This document shows, one piece after another, positions 30,977 through 40,859 of a DNA stretch of 64,000 nt. The stretch comes from Holophagaceae bacterium (lineage in GTDB: Bacteria; Acidobacteriota; Holophagae; Holophagales; Holophagaceae), in the NCBI GenBank assembly GCA_046331545.1, contig JAXLQR010000002.1, forward strand, positions 3,247,080 through 3,311,079. The letters are read 5' to 3'. The notes under the pieces are model-generated. The model worked only from the letters and a program-made list of their open reading frames with translations. It searched no databases and was not told where the DNA came from. Position numbers and translations under genes: made by a program. Position 1 is the first letter of the stretch. Each line of letters begins with the position of its first letter.

Positions 30977-33025
30977 TCAGGCCTGGGGCTTGTGCATGCG
31001 GGTCTTGATCTCGTCCCGCAGGGCCTGCACCGCCGGGTCGCGCTCCGTGGCCACGCCCGTGGTCTCGGCCAGCTTCGTGGTCATGAGCAGGCCCAGGAGG
31101 TTCTCGATGAGCGTGCCGCCCTGGCCCCCGGCCTGGCCGCCGGCCATCTGGATGCGGGGCACCACCTCGATCTGGCCCTTCTCGATGGCCTCGGCGAAGC
31201 GGTTCATCACCTGCTGGGTGAGCTGGTACTGGGGCCCGCCGTAGGCGCGCACCTTCTCCTCCACCGCGATGGCCTCGGCGATGCCCACCCGCGCCGCGCG
31301 CTCCGCGTCGGCGTCCGCCAGGGCCTTGATGCGCTTGGCCTCGCCCTCGGCGGTGATGCGCAGGCGCTCGGCTTCCGCCGCCGCGAGGGTCTGGATGCGG
31401 TTGGCCTCCTGCTGGGCGCGGGCGTACTCGGCCTTGCCCTGGTTGCTCTGGATGGCGATGGCGATGTCGGACTCGGTCAGCACGGTCTGCTGCCGGGCCT
31501 TCGCCTCGGCCTCGCGGAGCTCGCGCTCCTTGAGGCTGGCCTTCTCCTGGCGGGCGTAGGTCTCGATCTGCTCGTCGGCGATCTGCCGGCTGCGGAGCTG
31601 GGTGAGGATCTGCTCGATCTGCCCGCCGCTGCTGCCGCTGTTGGGCGTGCCGATGAGGACCTCCTGCAGCTCGAGGTTGTACATCTCGAACTTGGCCTTC
31701 ATCTGCTCGCCGCTCTGCTGCTGGATCGCGCTGCGGTCCTGGATGAGCTGGATGAGGGTGCGGGTCTGGCCGATGTTCTTGAAGTAGGCGCTGACCATGG
31801 GGTCGAGGGTCTGCTCCACGAGCTTCTTCACGTCGCCGAAGCGCTGGATGACCAGGGGGGCCTTGCGGTAGTCGATGTGCACCACCACCGAGAGGGGCAG
31901 GCTGGGCTCGAAGGCGTCCTTCGTGATGAGGCTCACCTCGGCGAGGTTCTCGTCGAACTTGTGGCTTCCGACCTCGCCCCGGGCCCACTTCAGGATGAAG
32001 TTCGTCGTGGGCACCATGAGCACCTTGCCGGCGTAGGTGTTGAACGCGTACTTGCCGGGCATGAGGGGCTCGTTCCACACGCCGCGCTCGCCCTGGTGCA
32101 CCAGCTCGCCGTGGCGGTACTCGGAGCCGGACAGGTCCGCGCCCTGCTCGCCGGTGTAGCTCACCACCACGCCCACGGTGCCCACCTCGACCACGGTCTT
32201 GGCGATGGGCTCCACCGTGGCGAACAGGCGGTTCACGTAGTAGGTGCCCTCCACCAGCACCTGCAGCTGCCGGCCCCGCATGCCGCCGGCCCGCAGGAAC
32301 TTGTCGGGGTCCTGGAAGTTGTTGTGGTAGGTCTCCGGCGAATGGGGATCCTCGCCCACGGTGGGCGCGATGATCTCGCCGGTGGGCAGGCTGGGGCCGT
32401 CGTGGACGGTGACGATGCCCACCACGTCGTCGGTGCCCTTGATGATGATGGGCCGGTAGCCGCCGCGCTCGGCGATGATGGCGCTCATCTTCTGGAAGGT
32501 CTCCAGCTCCGAGCGGTCCAGGGGCAGGTAGTAGAGCTGGTCCTCGGTGATGACGATGAACTGCGCCAGGTTGATGGCGTACGTGCCCTCGCGGAGGATC
32601 TGGCGCTGGGGGCCCTTCTGGCCGCCGTTGGCCAGGAAGGCCCGCACGTCCTGGAAGTCCCTCGCCTTGTCGTTGGCCGCCAGGGCCTGGGTGGCGGGGA
32701 GGTCCCGGCCGTCCCGGGCGAAGACGTAGCCGATCTTGCCCTGGGGGATGGTCACCAGGGGCACCTTGTGGATGCGGTACTGGAAGGGCGTGAGGAAGTG
32801 CCAGCCGCCGCGCAGCAGTTCGGGCTGGAAGCCCGCCTCGCCCTGCAGGGCGATGAGGCCGGTCTTCACCGAGCCCTTGCCGCTGATCAGCTTCTCGACG
32901 ATGCCCACCCGCGTGTTCGGGATGTAGCGGATCCACTTCGAGAGCAGGATCAGGAGGAAGAGGCCGAAGACGAAGAAGGCGAAGGTCGCCAACGGATGGG
33001 CCGAGGCCCCGGTCATGAGGTCCAT
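30977..33025 (-). CDS. Flotillin family protein (SPFH/band 7 domain with a long coiled-coil)
   Basis: N-terminal TM helix, SPFH domain, C-terminal Ala/Glu-rich coiled-coil repeats (EAEAKARQQ..., AAAEAERLRITAEGEAKRIKALADADAERAA). Start at MDLMTG inside a longer artefactual ORF. Confidence 0.8.
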   Translation of the reverse strand: MDLMTGASAHPLATFAFFVFGLFLLILLSKWIRYIPNTRVGIVEKLISGKGSVKTGLIALQGEAGFQPELLRGGWHFLTPFQYRIHKVPLVTIPQGKIGYVFARDGRDLPATQALAANDKARDFQDVRAFLANGGQKGPQRQILREGTYAINLAQFIVITEDQLYYLPLDRSELETFQKMSAIIAERGGYRPIIIKGTDDVVGIVTVHDGPSLPTGEIIAPTVGEDPHSPETYHNNFQDPDKFLRAGGMRGRQLQVLVEGTYYVNRLFATVEPIAKTVVEVGTVGVVVSYTGEQGADLSGSEYRHGELVHQGERGVWNEPLMPGKYAFNTYAGKVLMVPTTNFILKWARGEVGSHKFDENLAEVSLITKDAFEPSLPLSVVVHIDYRKAPLVIQRFGDVKKLVEQTLDPMVSAYFKNIGQTRTLIQLIQDRSAIQQQSGEQMKAKFEMYNLELQEVLIGTPNSGSSGGQIEQILTQLRSRQIADEQIETYARQEKASLKERELREAEAKARQQTVLTESDIAIAIQSNQGKAEYARAQQEANRIQTLAAAEAERLRITAEGEAKRIKALADADAERAARVGIAEAIAVEEKVRAYGGPQYQLTQQVMNRFAEAIEKGQIEVVPRIQMAGGQAGGQGGTLIENLLGLLMTTKLAETTGVATERDPAVQALRDEIKTRMHKPQA

Positions 33026-33312
33026 GAGGACTCCTGGAAAGGCATGGGGGACAACAGTGTAGACCGCCGCCCGGCAGGGCCGCCGCGGCCCGTCCCATCC
33101 CCCGCCGTCCCGGTCCGGAGGGCCTTGCCTCTGGGCTCGGGGACGCCATGCGCGCGGGAGGTGGGAAGGATCATCGAAGGGGCCAGCGTAGGCGCGGCGC
33201 CGTCCCGGCACTGTGACGGAGATCACAGGGCGCGGCCGGGAGGGCCCCGGGCTTGCTCGGACCTCGGGAATCCCGAAGCATCCTTCGATCCGAATCGGGA
33301 ATACCCTGGGGC

Positions 33313-33951
33313 ATGGACCGGGACGACCTGCAGGACGCGCTGGACTGGGCGCGGGACCGAGCGCTGCTGCTGGCGCTCTTCCTGGGCGCCCTGGTCTTCG
33401 GCTGCCACGCCTGGACCCGTCGCGCGGTCACCCACGGCCCCGGCGTCCTCGCGCCCGAGGAGCCCCAGCAGGTCCTGCTGAAGCCCCCGCCCCGGTGGAA
33501 CGCCTACGGGCACGCCTTCACGGGCCTCGCCTCCTTCGAGATCCACGCCCGGGTGCTCTCCACCGAGCGCTACCGCTTCGACCCGCCCTCGGTGCTCAGC
33601 CCGGTGGACTTCGCCCTCGGCTGGGGACCCATGAGCGACTCGCGGGTGCTGGAGCGCCTGACCATCGTCCAGGACAACCGATGGTTCCACTGGGCCGCCC
33701 GGGAACTGCCGATCCCGGAGTCCCAGATCATCTCCCACGCGGCGAACATGCACATGATCCCCGCCGACGCCGCCGTCCGCGCGGCGCTGCTGGACGTGCG
33801 GGAGGGGGAGGTGGTGCGCCTGCGCGGCAAGCTGGTGCGGGCCGAGAGCCCCGAGGGCTTCGGGTGGGTGAGCTCCCTCTCCCGCACGGACACCGGGGAT
33901 GGCGCCTGCGAAGTGGTCTGGGTGGACGCGGTGCGGGTGGACGGCCGCTGA
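33313..33951 (+). CDS. Hypothetical membrane-anchored protein
   Basis: One N-terminal TM helix after MDRDDLQDALDWARDR. 212 aa. No recognisable domain. Confidence 0.45.
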   Translation: MDRDDLQDALDWARDRALLLALFLGALVFGCHAWTRRAVTHGPGVLAPEEPQQVLLKPPPRWNAYGHAFTGLASFEIHARVLSTERYRFDPPSVLSPVDFALGWGPMSDSRVLERLTIVQDNRWFHWAARELPIPESQIISHAANMHMIPADAAVRAALLDVREGEVVRLRGKLVRAESPEGFGWVSSLSRTDTGDGACEVVWVDAVRVDGR

Positions 33952-33963
33952 CGGGCCGGCGGC

Positions 33964-34854
33964 TCAGTCCGCCGCGCGGGGGAGGTGCCGCAGGTCCGCG
34001 AGGAGCCCGTCCCGCCACAGGGCCTTCCAGCGGCCGCCCGGGTGGTCCACGCGGATCTCCACGCTCGACCCGAGGGGCGACTGGTGGCGGGAGAAGCCGA
34101 CCTGCACCCCGCCGCCCTTCTCCCCGTCGCCCTTCTCCCCGTCGTCGGGCCGCGCCGGGATCGCCGCGAGGTGGGGCCGCCAGCCGTGGATCTCCTGGAG
34201 GAAGGCCTCCTCGGAGGGCCAGGCGCGGCCGAGGCCTGGCGAGCTCCGGAACAGGTCCCGGGCCCCCTCGTCGGTGGCCAGGGCCGAGGTCAGGCGCCGG
34301 AACTCCTCCCACTCCCGGGACCTCGCCTGGCGCCGGGCGTCCCGGGCGGCGTCCTGCAAGCCCCGGTAGGAGTCGGCGAAGACGAGCCGGACGAGCCCCT
34401 CGCCGGCCTCCTGGCCCTGGGTGGCCGGGCCCGTGGCGAAGCGGGCGCGCATCCAGCCCCCGCCGGTGCCCTGGATGGCGACGTCCAGCTCGAAGGGGTC
34501 GCTCTCCACCGTGTAGCCCCGCCGGTCGTCGCGGGGCTCCTGGGTGGGAAGGCCGCCTCCCTTCGACCGCCAGGCCCGGGCCGCCTCGACGAAGGCCTCC
34601 TCGGACGCGTAGCCCGCCGCGCAGAGGGGGTTCTTCCGGAAGAGGTCGCGGGCCGCCTCGTCGGTGGCCAGGCGGGCGTTGACCGCCTGGATGAGGGGCC
34701 AGGCCTGCCGCCGCAGCCCCGTGGCCCGGCCCACGAGGGCGAAGACCAGGGCCGCGACCCCGGCGGCCAGGGCCAGGGGCACCAGCAGCCAGGACGCGCG
34801 GAAGCGGCGGCGGCCGCGGACCGGGGCGGGCGTGTTCCAGCTGCTGTCGGCCAT
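33964..34854 (-). CDS. Hypothetical membrane-anchored protein with an internal duplication
   Basis: N-terminal TM helix. Two homologous halves (ATDEAARDLFRKNPLCAAGYASEEAFVEAARAWR vs ATDEGARDLFRSSPGLGRAWPSEEAFLQEIHGWR). Confidence 0.5.
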   Translation of the reverse strand: MADSSWNTPAPVRGRRRFRASWLLVPLALAAGVAALVFALVGRATGLRRQAWPLIQAVNARLATDEAARDLFRKNPLCAAGYASEEAFVEAARAWRSKGGGLPTQEPRDDRRGYTVESDPFELDVAIQGTGGGWMRARFATGPATQGQEAGEGLVRLVFADSYRGLQDAARDARRQARSREWEEFRRLTSALATDEGARDLFRSSPGLGRAWPSEEAFLQEIHGWRPHLAAIPARPDDGEKGDGEKGGGVQVGFSRHQSPLGSSVEIRVDHPGGRWKALWRDGLLADLRHLPRAAD

Positions 34855-34881
34855 GGGACTCCCGGGGCTGCCCTGGATACG

Positions 34882-35274
34882 ATGGCCGGGCCTCTCCGTT
34901 CAGTGGAGCCCGCCGTGGCCGTCTCGCCCGCCTTCCGAACCTTCGTCCTGGAGCAGCTCGAACCCTTCGCGCGCCTGCAGGCGAGGCCGATGTTCGGGGG
35001 CGTGGGGCTCTACGGGGACGGGCGCTTCTTCGCCCTGCTGGATGACGACCGCCTCTATTTCAAGGTGGACGACGCCACGCGGCCCGGGCTCGTGGCCCTG
35101 GGCAGCGGCCCCTTCCTGCCCTTCGGCGACCCCGCGAAGCCCATGCGCGGCTACTACGAAGTGCCCGGGGACCTCCTGGAGGACCTCGACCGCCTGGAGC
35201 CCTTCGCGCGCCAGGCCCTCGCCGTGGCCGCCCGCGCCGCGGACAGGGGCCGGGCGAAGGGGCGGAAGGCCTAG
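34882..35274 (+). CDS. TfoX N-terminal domain protein
   Basis: RPMFGGVGLYGDGRFFALLDDDRLYFKVDD matches the TfoX/Sxy N-terminal domain pattern. About 130 aa. Stop overlaps the convergent tricorn stop (CTAG). Confidence 0.55.
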   Translation: MAGPLRSVEPAVAVSPAFRTFVLEQLEPFARLQARPMFGGVGLYGDGRFFALLDDDRLYFKVDDATRPGLVALGSGPFLPFGDPAKPMRGYYEVPGDLLEDLDRLEPFARQALAVAARAADRGRAKGRKA

Positions 35275-38200
35275 CGCTTCGGGTAGGCGGGCACCGGCGG
35301 GAAGGCCTCCGTGGGCTTCTCCTGGAGCTGCTTCAGGAGGGTGTCCACGGCGGTCTCCAGCATCGGGTCGCGGCCCTGGAGCACCGCCTCGGGGGTCTGA
35401 TCCGGATCCACGAGGACGTCGGGGTCCACGCCGTGGTTCTCCACCCACCAGCGGCCCTCCTTCCCGTAGAAGGCGTTGTTGCTCTGCTCCACCGTCCCGC
35501 CGTCCACGGTGAACTGGGTGTTGATGATGCCCACCAGGCCGCCCCAGCTCGGGATCCCCACGATGGTGCCCAGGCCCCGCGCCTTCACGTGGGCGAGGAA
35601 GGCCTCGCCGTCGCTGCCGTTCAGCTCGTTGCTGACGAAGACGTAGCGGCCGTCGGAGGCGGTGCCGGGGTAGCGGAAGGGCGCCATGCCGCGCAGCACG
35701 TTGAAGCCCACCTGCCGGCGCTCCAGCTGGTCGATCATGAAGAACTCGGTCCAGCCGCCGCCGTTCCCCCGCACGTCCACCACGAGGCCCTTGCGGTAGC
35801 GGAAGGCCCGCCAGTACTTGTCGAACTCGCCGACGTTCTCGTCCCCCATGGCGGTGATGTGCATGTAGCCGAGCTGGCCCCGGGAGCGCCGCTCCACCAG
35901 GGCGATCCGGTCCGCCACCCAGCGGACGTAGCGGAGCCGCGTATCGCTGGCCACGGGCTCCACCTCCACGGTGCGGGCGCCCTCGAGGCCCGGCCGCGCG
36001 TTGACCGTGAGCTTCACCTTCTGGCCCTTCACCACCTGCAGGCGCCGCGCGACGGCGTCGGGCGCCTTCAGGTCCTGGCCGTCGATGGCGAGGAGGTACT
36101 CGCCCTCCTTCACCTTCGGGTCGGGGTCCGCGAGGGGACCCTTGGCGTCCCGGTCGTAGGGGGTGGGCCCGTAGACCCGGGTGAAGCGGTAGCGGCCGCT
36201 GGCGTCCGCCGCGAGGTCCGCCCCCAGCAGGCCGGTGAAGACCGGCGTGGGGGCCGGCGGCGGCGCGATGCCGTGGGTGAAGTCCCCGCCGCCCACGTAG
36301 GTGTGGCTCACCGACAGCTCGCCCACCATCTGGGAGAGCAGCCAGTTCAGCTCGTAGCGGGTGTTGAGCTGGGGCAGGAAGGCCCGGAACTTGTCGCCGA
36401 TGGCCTGCCAGTCCTGGCCGTGCATGTCGGCGTCGTAGAAGAAGTCCCGGTACCAGCGCCAGGTGTCGTTGAAGATCTGGGTCCACTCCTCCCGGGGCGA
36501 GACGGTCAGGCTCAGCCGCTCCAGGTCCAGCCTCGCCGGGAGCTGGCCGCTTCCGAGCAGGGCCTTCGCCTCGCCCACGTGGAAGGCGCCCTGCTTGCGG
36601 ATGAGCAGGTGGGCGCCCTCGGGGCTCCAGCGCCAGTCGCTGACGGTGTCGGCCAGCACCGTGAGCTTCTTCGCCGCCGGATCGTAGAGGTGGAGCTTCC
36701 AGCTGTCCTGGGTGCGGGCGCGGAAGACCTGCTCGTTCAGGCCGTCGTCCCAGCCCTCGGCGGAGGCCCAGGACACCAGGCCCTTCCCGGCCCGCAGGTG
36801 GAAGTAGTTGCCGGGCTTCACGGGCAGCGGCGCGATGCGCTCGGCCAGGCCCTCCACGTCCACGCGGAAGGGGCCCGCGGCGTCGCCCTGCTTCAGCTTC
36901 ACGGCCATGACCTGGGTGGGCGTGGGCTCGATGTGGTGGTCCTGGCTGGGGTCGAGCTGGATGTGGAAGTTCGAGTAGCTGAGGAAGTAGAGGGTGCTGC
37001 CGTCGGCGTCGAAGCTGGGGTTGAGGCAGTCGAAGAAGCCGTCGGTGAGGGCCACCTTGCGCCCGGTGGGCAGGTGGAAGAGGAAGATGCGGTTGTTGCG
37101 GTTGGGCTGCACGAAGGAGTAGGCCACCCACTGGGAGTCCGGGGACCACGTGTAGTCGCTGACCTCCCAGAAGAACTGGTCGTTCTTCAGTTCGTGGCTC
37201 TCGTCGAGCTTCGAGAGCCTCCTCGTCTCCACGTCCATGACGTAGAGGGCGAAGCTCTTGTCGCCGAAGAGGAGCTTCTTCCCGTCGGGGCTCCACTCGA
37301 GGTGGTAGAGGGTGGTCTTCAGCCCGGTGGCGAGGCGCTGGGCGGGGCCGCCCGCGGCGGGGCGCACGTAGAGGTCGTACTCGCCGCTCTCGTCGGAGAG
37401 GTAGGCCACCCTCGTGCCGTCCGGCGAGAGCTGGGGGAAGCGTTCCCGGACGCCGGGGGTCCGGGTCAGGTCGAGGGCGGGCTTCGAGGCGTCCACGGGC
37501 ACCACGAAGACGTCGCCCCGGGCCTCCAGGGCCACGGACTCCCCGCCGGGTCCCAGGGCCATGCCCTGGATCCAGTCCTTGGGGTTCACGGTGCGGGGCC
37601 GCACGCGCCAGTCGTCGGTGGCGAGGTCCAGGTCGAGGGCGCGCTCCGTGCGCGCCTGGAGGTCGTAGACGTGGAGCCGGCCGCCCTGGACGAAGACCAC
37701 CCGCCGACCGTCGGTGGCGGGCCACTGGACGTCGAAGTCCTGGAAATCCGTCAGGGCGCGGGGATTCCGGCCCTCGGCGTCCATGGCGTAGAGGTTCGCG
37801 ATGCCCTTCGGGCCGCGGTCCGAGACGAAGAGCACCTGGCCTCCGGCCCACATGGGGTACGCGTTCTTGCCCACGTAGTCCGTGAGCTGCGCCGGCGCCT
37901 GGGCCCCGGGCTCCAGCTTCCAGATCTCCTGGTGCATGCCGCCCTTGTAGCGCTTCCAGTAGTACTCCTCCGGGCCGTAGGGGTTGTAGACGTGGCCGCG
38001 GGGGCTGTAGAGGAGGTGCTGCGTGTCGCCCATGAAGGCCCCCTGCACGCCCCGCGGGACGGGCAGGGCCTCGGGCTCGTGGCCCTCCAGGTGCACGGTG
38101 TAGAGCCGCGTCACCGCCCGCTCCGAGGCCTCCCAGGCCGCGCGGAAGAGCACCCTCGAGGCGTCCGGCGACCAGCCCTGCACCGTCGCCCCGGGGCGCC

Positions 38201-38495
38201 AGGTCAGGCGCCTGGGCGTGCCGCCCGAGGCCGGGATGACGTAGATGTTCGAACCGCCGTCGTAGGTGCCGTTGAAGGCGATCCACTTCCCGTCGGGGCT
38301 GAAGCGGGGATAGGTCTCCGCCCCCGGGTGGCTGGTGATCCGGCGGGGGGCGCCCCCGGACAGGCTGCCCAGCCAGAGGTCGCCGTCGTAGGAGAAGACG
38401 ACCGCGTCACCGTGGATGTCCGGCGTGGAGACCACCCTCGGCGCCCCGGCGACGAGGGCGAGGGAGAGGGTGGCGAGGGCGAAGGCGAGGCGCAT
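35271..38495 (-). CDS. Tricorn protease homolog (S41 family, beta-propeller + PDZ + peptidase)
   Basis: Signal peptide. TolB-like repeats (SPDG..IAF) throughout the N-terminal two-thirds. C-terminal S41 peptidase region. 1074 aa is typical. Confidence 0.8.
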   Translation of the reverse strand: MRLAFALATLSLALVAGAPRVVSTPDIHGDAVVFSYDGDLWLGSLSGGAPRRITSHPGAETYPRFSPDGKWIAFNGTYDGGSNIYVIPASGGTPRRLTWRPGATVQGWSPDASRVLFRAAWEASERAVTRLYTVHLEGHEPEALPVPRGVQGAFMGDTQHLLYSPRGHVYNPYGPEEYYWKRYKGGMHQEIWKLEPGAQAPAQLTDYVGKNAYPMWAGGQVLFVSDRGPKGIANLYAMDAEGRNPRALTDFQDFDVQWPATDGRRVVFVQGGRLHVYDLQARTERALDLDLATDDWRVRPRTVNPKDWIQGMALGPGGESVALEARGDVFVVPVDASKPALDLTRTPGVRERFPQLSPDGTRVAYLSDESGEYDLYVRPAAGGPAQRLATGLKTTLYHLEWSPDGKKLLFGDKSFALYVMDVETRRLSKLDESHELKNDQFFWEVSDYTWSPDSQWVAYSFVQPNRNNRIFLFHLPTGRKVALTDGFFDCLNPSFDADGSTLYFLSYSNFHIQLDPSQDHHIEPTPTQVMAVKLKQGDAAGPFRVDVEGLAERIAPLPVKPGNYFHLRAGKGLVSWASAEGWDDGLNEQVFRARTQDSWKLHLYDPAAKKLTVLADTVSDWRWSPEGAHLLIRKQGAFHVGEAKALLGSGQLPARLDLERLSLTVSPREEWTQIFNDTWRWYRDFFYDADMHGQDWQAIGDKFRAFLPQLNTRYELNWLLSQMVGELSVSHTYVGGGDFTHGIAPPPAPTPVFTGLLGADLAADASGRYRFTRVYGPTPYDRDAKGPLADPDPKVKEGEYLLAIDGQDLKAPDAVARRLQVVKGQKVKLTVNARPGLEGARTVEVEPVASDTRLRYVRWVADRIALVERRSRGQLGYMHITAMGDENVGEFDKYWRAFRYRKGLVVDVRGNGGGWTEFFMIDQLERRQVGFNVLRGMAPFRYPGTASDGRYVFVSNELNGSDGEAFLAHVKARGLGTIVGIPSWGGLVGIINTQFTVDGGTVEQSNNAFYGKEGRWWVENHGVDPDVLVDPDQTPEAVLQGRDPMLETAVDTLLKQLQEKPTEAFPPVPAYPKR

Positions 38496-38615
38496 GGGGG
38501 CTCCGGTCGGGGCCCGGGCAGTCTACCTCGAAAAACGAGGGCTTGCCGGGGCCCCTCTCCCCGCGGAGTGTCAAAGCAGGTCGGGAAGGCGCCCGGGCCC
38601 CGCTAGCATGGCGGG

Positions 38616-39143
38616 ATGGACTCCCGCCCCATCCCCCCACCCGGACCCGACGAATACGCGGACTTCTACGCCGGCTACGTGGCCAAGGCCGAGGGCGCGA
38701 AGCTGCCCCGGGCCTACCTGGACCAGCTCGCCGACCTCAAGGCGCGCCTGGGTGGCCTGGACGCGGGCCGCGGCCGGGAGCGCTACGCCGAGGGCAAGTG
38801 GAGCATCCAGGAGCTGGTGGGCCACCTCTGCGACGCGGAGCGGGTCTTCGCCTACCGCATGCTGCGCATCGGGCGCGGCGACGGAACGCCCCTGCCGGGC
38901 TTCGAGGAGAACGCCTACGTCGCCGCGGCGGGCTCGGACGCCCGCACCCTGCCGGACCTGCTCGAGGAGTTCGAGGCCCTGCGCCGGGCCACCTACCTCC
39001 TCGCCCGCCACATGCCCGAGGAGGGCTGGGCCCGCCGCGGCACCGCCAGCGGCAAGGAGGTCAGCGCCCGGGCCCTGGCCGCCATCCTCTACGGCCACGC
39101 GGCCCACCACCTCGCGGTCCTGAAGGACCGCTACGGAGTCTGA
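38616..39143 (+). CDS. DinB_2 / YfiT-like metal-dependent hydrolase family protein
   Basis: 175 aa. HLCDAERVF...HxxxH-type four-helix DinB/YfiT fold signature (LYGHAAHHLAVL). Confidence 0.6.
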   Translation: MDSRPIPPPGPDEYADFYAGYVAKAEGAKLPRAYLDQLADLKARLGGLDAGRGRERYAEGKWSIQELVGHLCDAERVFAYRMLRIGRGDGTPLPGFEENAYVAAAGSDARTLPDLLEEFEALRRATYLLARHMPEEGWARRGTASGKEVSARALAAILYGHAAHHLAVLKDRYGV

Positions 39144-39145
39144 GC

Positions 39146-39625
39146 ATGCTGCCCTTCCTGGCCCTTCCCGTCCCCGCGCTGCAGGCCCCCGCGCCCCAGG
39201 CCGCGCCCACGGAGGCCGATCTCGCCCTCGCCCGGAGCGTGGTGGCGGCCTGCTACAAGGACCACCTGCGGCGCCGCTTCGGCTACGACGCGGCCTCCCT
39301 CAGGGCGAAGCGCCGCTGGTTCACGCCCGCCGTGCTCGACCTGGTCCAGAAGGAGCTCGCCAAGCCCTCCAAGCCCGACGAGGTGCCTTACCTCGACGGC
39401 GATCCCTTCACCAACAGCCAGGAGCCGCTGAGGAGCCTGAAGGTGGGCGCGGCCAGGGCCGCGGGCCAGGGCATCGAGGTGGCCCTCCACCTCGCCGGCG
39501 AGGGCTTCACCCGCGACTTCAAGGTGTCCCTCGTGCGCCTGCCGGCGGGCTGGCGCATCGACGACCTGACCTACGAGGACGGCACCACCCTCCGGGGCTT
39601 CCTGGCAGCGGCGCCCAAGGAATGA
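39146..39625 (+). CDS. Hypothetical secreted protein
   Basis: Signal-like N-terminus MLPFLALPVPALQAPAP. 159 aa. Begins 3 nt after the upstream stop. Confidence 0.45.
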   Translation: MLPFLALPVPALQAPAPQAAPTEADLALARSVVAACYKDHLRRRFGYDAASLRAKRRWFTPAVLDLVQKELAKPSKPDEVPYLDGDPFTNSQEPLRSLKVGAARAAGQGIEVALHLAGEGFTRDFKVSLVRLPAGWRIDDLTYEDGTTLRGFLAAAPKE

Positions 39626-40329
39626 ACCTGGTCCTGCTCCTCGACGGGGACCTGGCGGGCCCGGGCCGCGCGCGGCTCACGGGCCGCCGCTTCGCCCACG
39701 TGCGGGACGTGCACCGCGCGGAGGCCGGGAAGACCCTGAGGGTGGGGCTCCTCGGCGGGGAGGCCGGCCTGGGCCGTGTCATCGAGATGGGGGAGGAGCA
39801 CCTCGACCTCGCGTTCACCCTCGACACGCCGCCACCTCCCAAGCTACCCCTCACCCTCCTCGTCGCGCTCCCGCGTCCCAAGGTGCTGAACCGCGTCATC
39901 GCCTCCGCCACCAGCCTGGGCGTCGCGCGCATCGTGCTCCTCAACGCGTGGCGGGTGGAGAAGAGCTACTGGAAGAGCCCGCGCCTCGAGCCCGAGAGCC
40001 TGCGCGCCCAGATGCTGCTGGGCCTCGAGCAGGCCTGCGACACGGTGCTGCCGGAGCTGCGTCTGGCGCGGCTCTTCCTCCCCTTCGTGGAGCAAGAGCT
40101 GCCGGCACTGGCCGCGGGCTCGCGGAGGCTGGTGGCGCATCCCGGCGCCGTCGATGCCTGCCCCAGCGGGGTGGAGGGGCCCGTGACCCTGGCCCTGGGC
40201 CCCGAGGGCGGCTGGATCGACGCGGAACTCGCGAGCCTCGAGAAGGCGGGCTTCGAACCCGTCTCCCTCGGCCTGCGGATCCTGCGCACGGAGACGGCCG
40301 TGGCGGCCCTGGCGGGGAGGCTGGCGTGA
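39622..40329 (+). CDS. rsmE: 16S rRNA (uracil1498-N3)-methyltransferase RsmE
   Basis: LGPEGGW...LGLRILRTETA C-terminal SPOUT motif. 235 aa. Confidence 0.82.
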   Translation: MNLVLLLDGDLAGPGRARLTGRRFAHVRDVHRAEAGKTLRVGLLGGEAGLGRVIEMGEEHLDLAFTLDTPPPPKLPLTLLVALPRPKVLNRVIASATSLGVARIVLLNAWRVEKSYWKSPRLEPESLRAQMLLGLEQACDTVLPELRLARLFLPFVEQELPALAAGSRRLVAHPGAVDACPSGVEGPVTLALGPEGGWIDAELASLEKAGFEPVSLGLRILRTETAVAALAGRLA

Positions 40330-40859
40330 AGACCTTCCACGTGCGCCCCGCCGCCGCCGCCGCCGCCCAGCGCCTGCAGCGGGTCGCCCTGGACACCTTC
40401 GAGGAGGCCTTCAGCCCGGCCCTGCCCGCGGCGGTGCTCGAGGCGATCTTCGCCGAGCGGTTCACCCTGGCGCGCTTCCGGGGCGAGCTGAAGGATCCCG
40501 CCTTCGCCATCTTCCTCGCCGAGGACGCCGAGGGCTTCCAGGGCTACGGCGTGGTGCAGCCCGATCCCTCGCCGCTGGACCTCGACGGGCCCTCCGTGGA
40601 ACTGGGCCGCCTCTACGTCCGCGCCGCCCGCCACGGCGAAGGCGTGGGCGAGGCCCTGATGGCCGCCTGCGTGGGCGAGGCACGGCGGCGCGGCGCGCGC
40701 TGGCTGTGGCTCAAGGTGTGGGAGGCCAACCCGCGGGCGAGGGCCTTCTACCGACGGTGGGGATTCCGGGAGGCGGGCAGGGAGGAGGTCCGGGTCGCGG
40801 GCGTGGCGCTGCCGCATTTGATCCTGGTGAAGGACCTGGTGGAGCCCGGGCGTGGCTGA
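40326..40859 (+). CDS. GNAT family N-acetyltransferase
   Basis: [20 protein letters not shown]...[22 protein letters not shown] (acetyl-CoA binding motif A plus C-terminal YxxxGF). GTG start overlapping the rsmE stop. Confidence 0.65.
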   Translation: MKTFHVRPAAAAAAQRLQRVALDTFEEAFSPALPAAVLEAIFAERFTLARFRGELKDPAFAIFLAEDAEGFQGYGVVQPDPSPLDLDGPSVELGRLYVRAARHGEGVGEALMAACVGEARRRGARWLWLKVWEANPRARAFYRRWGFREAGREEVRVAGVALPHLILVKDLVEPGRG

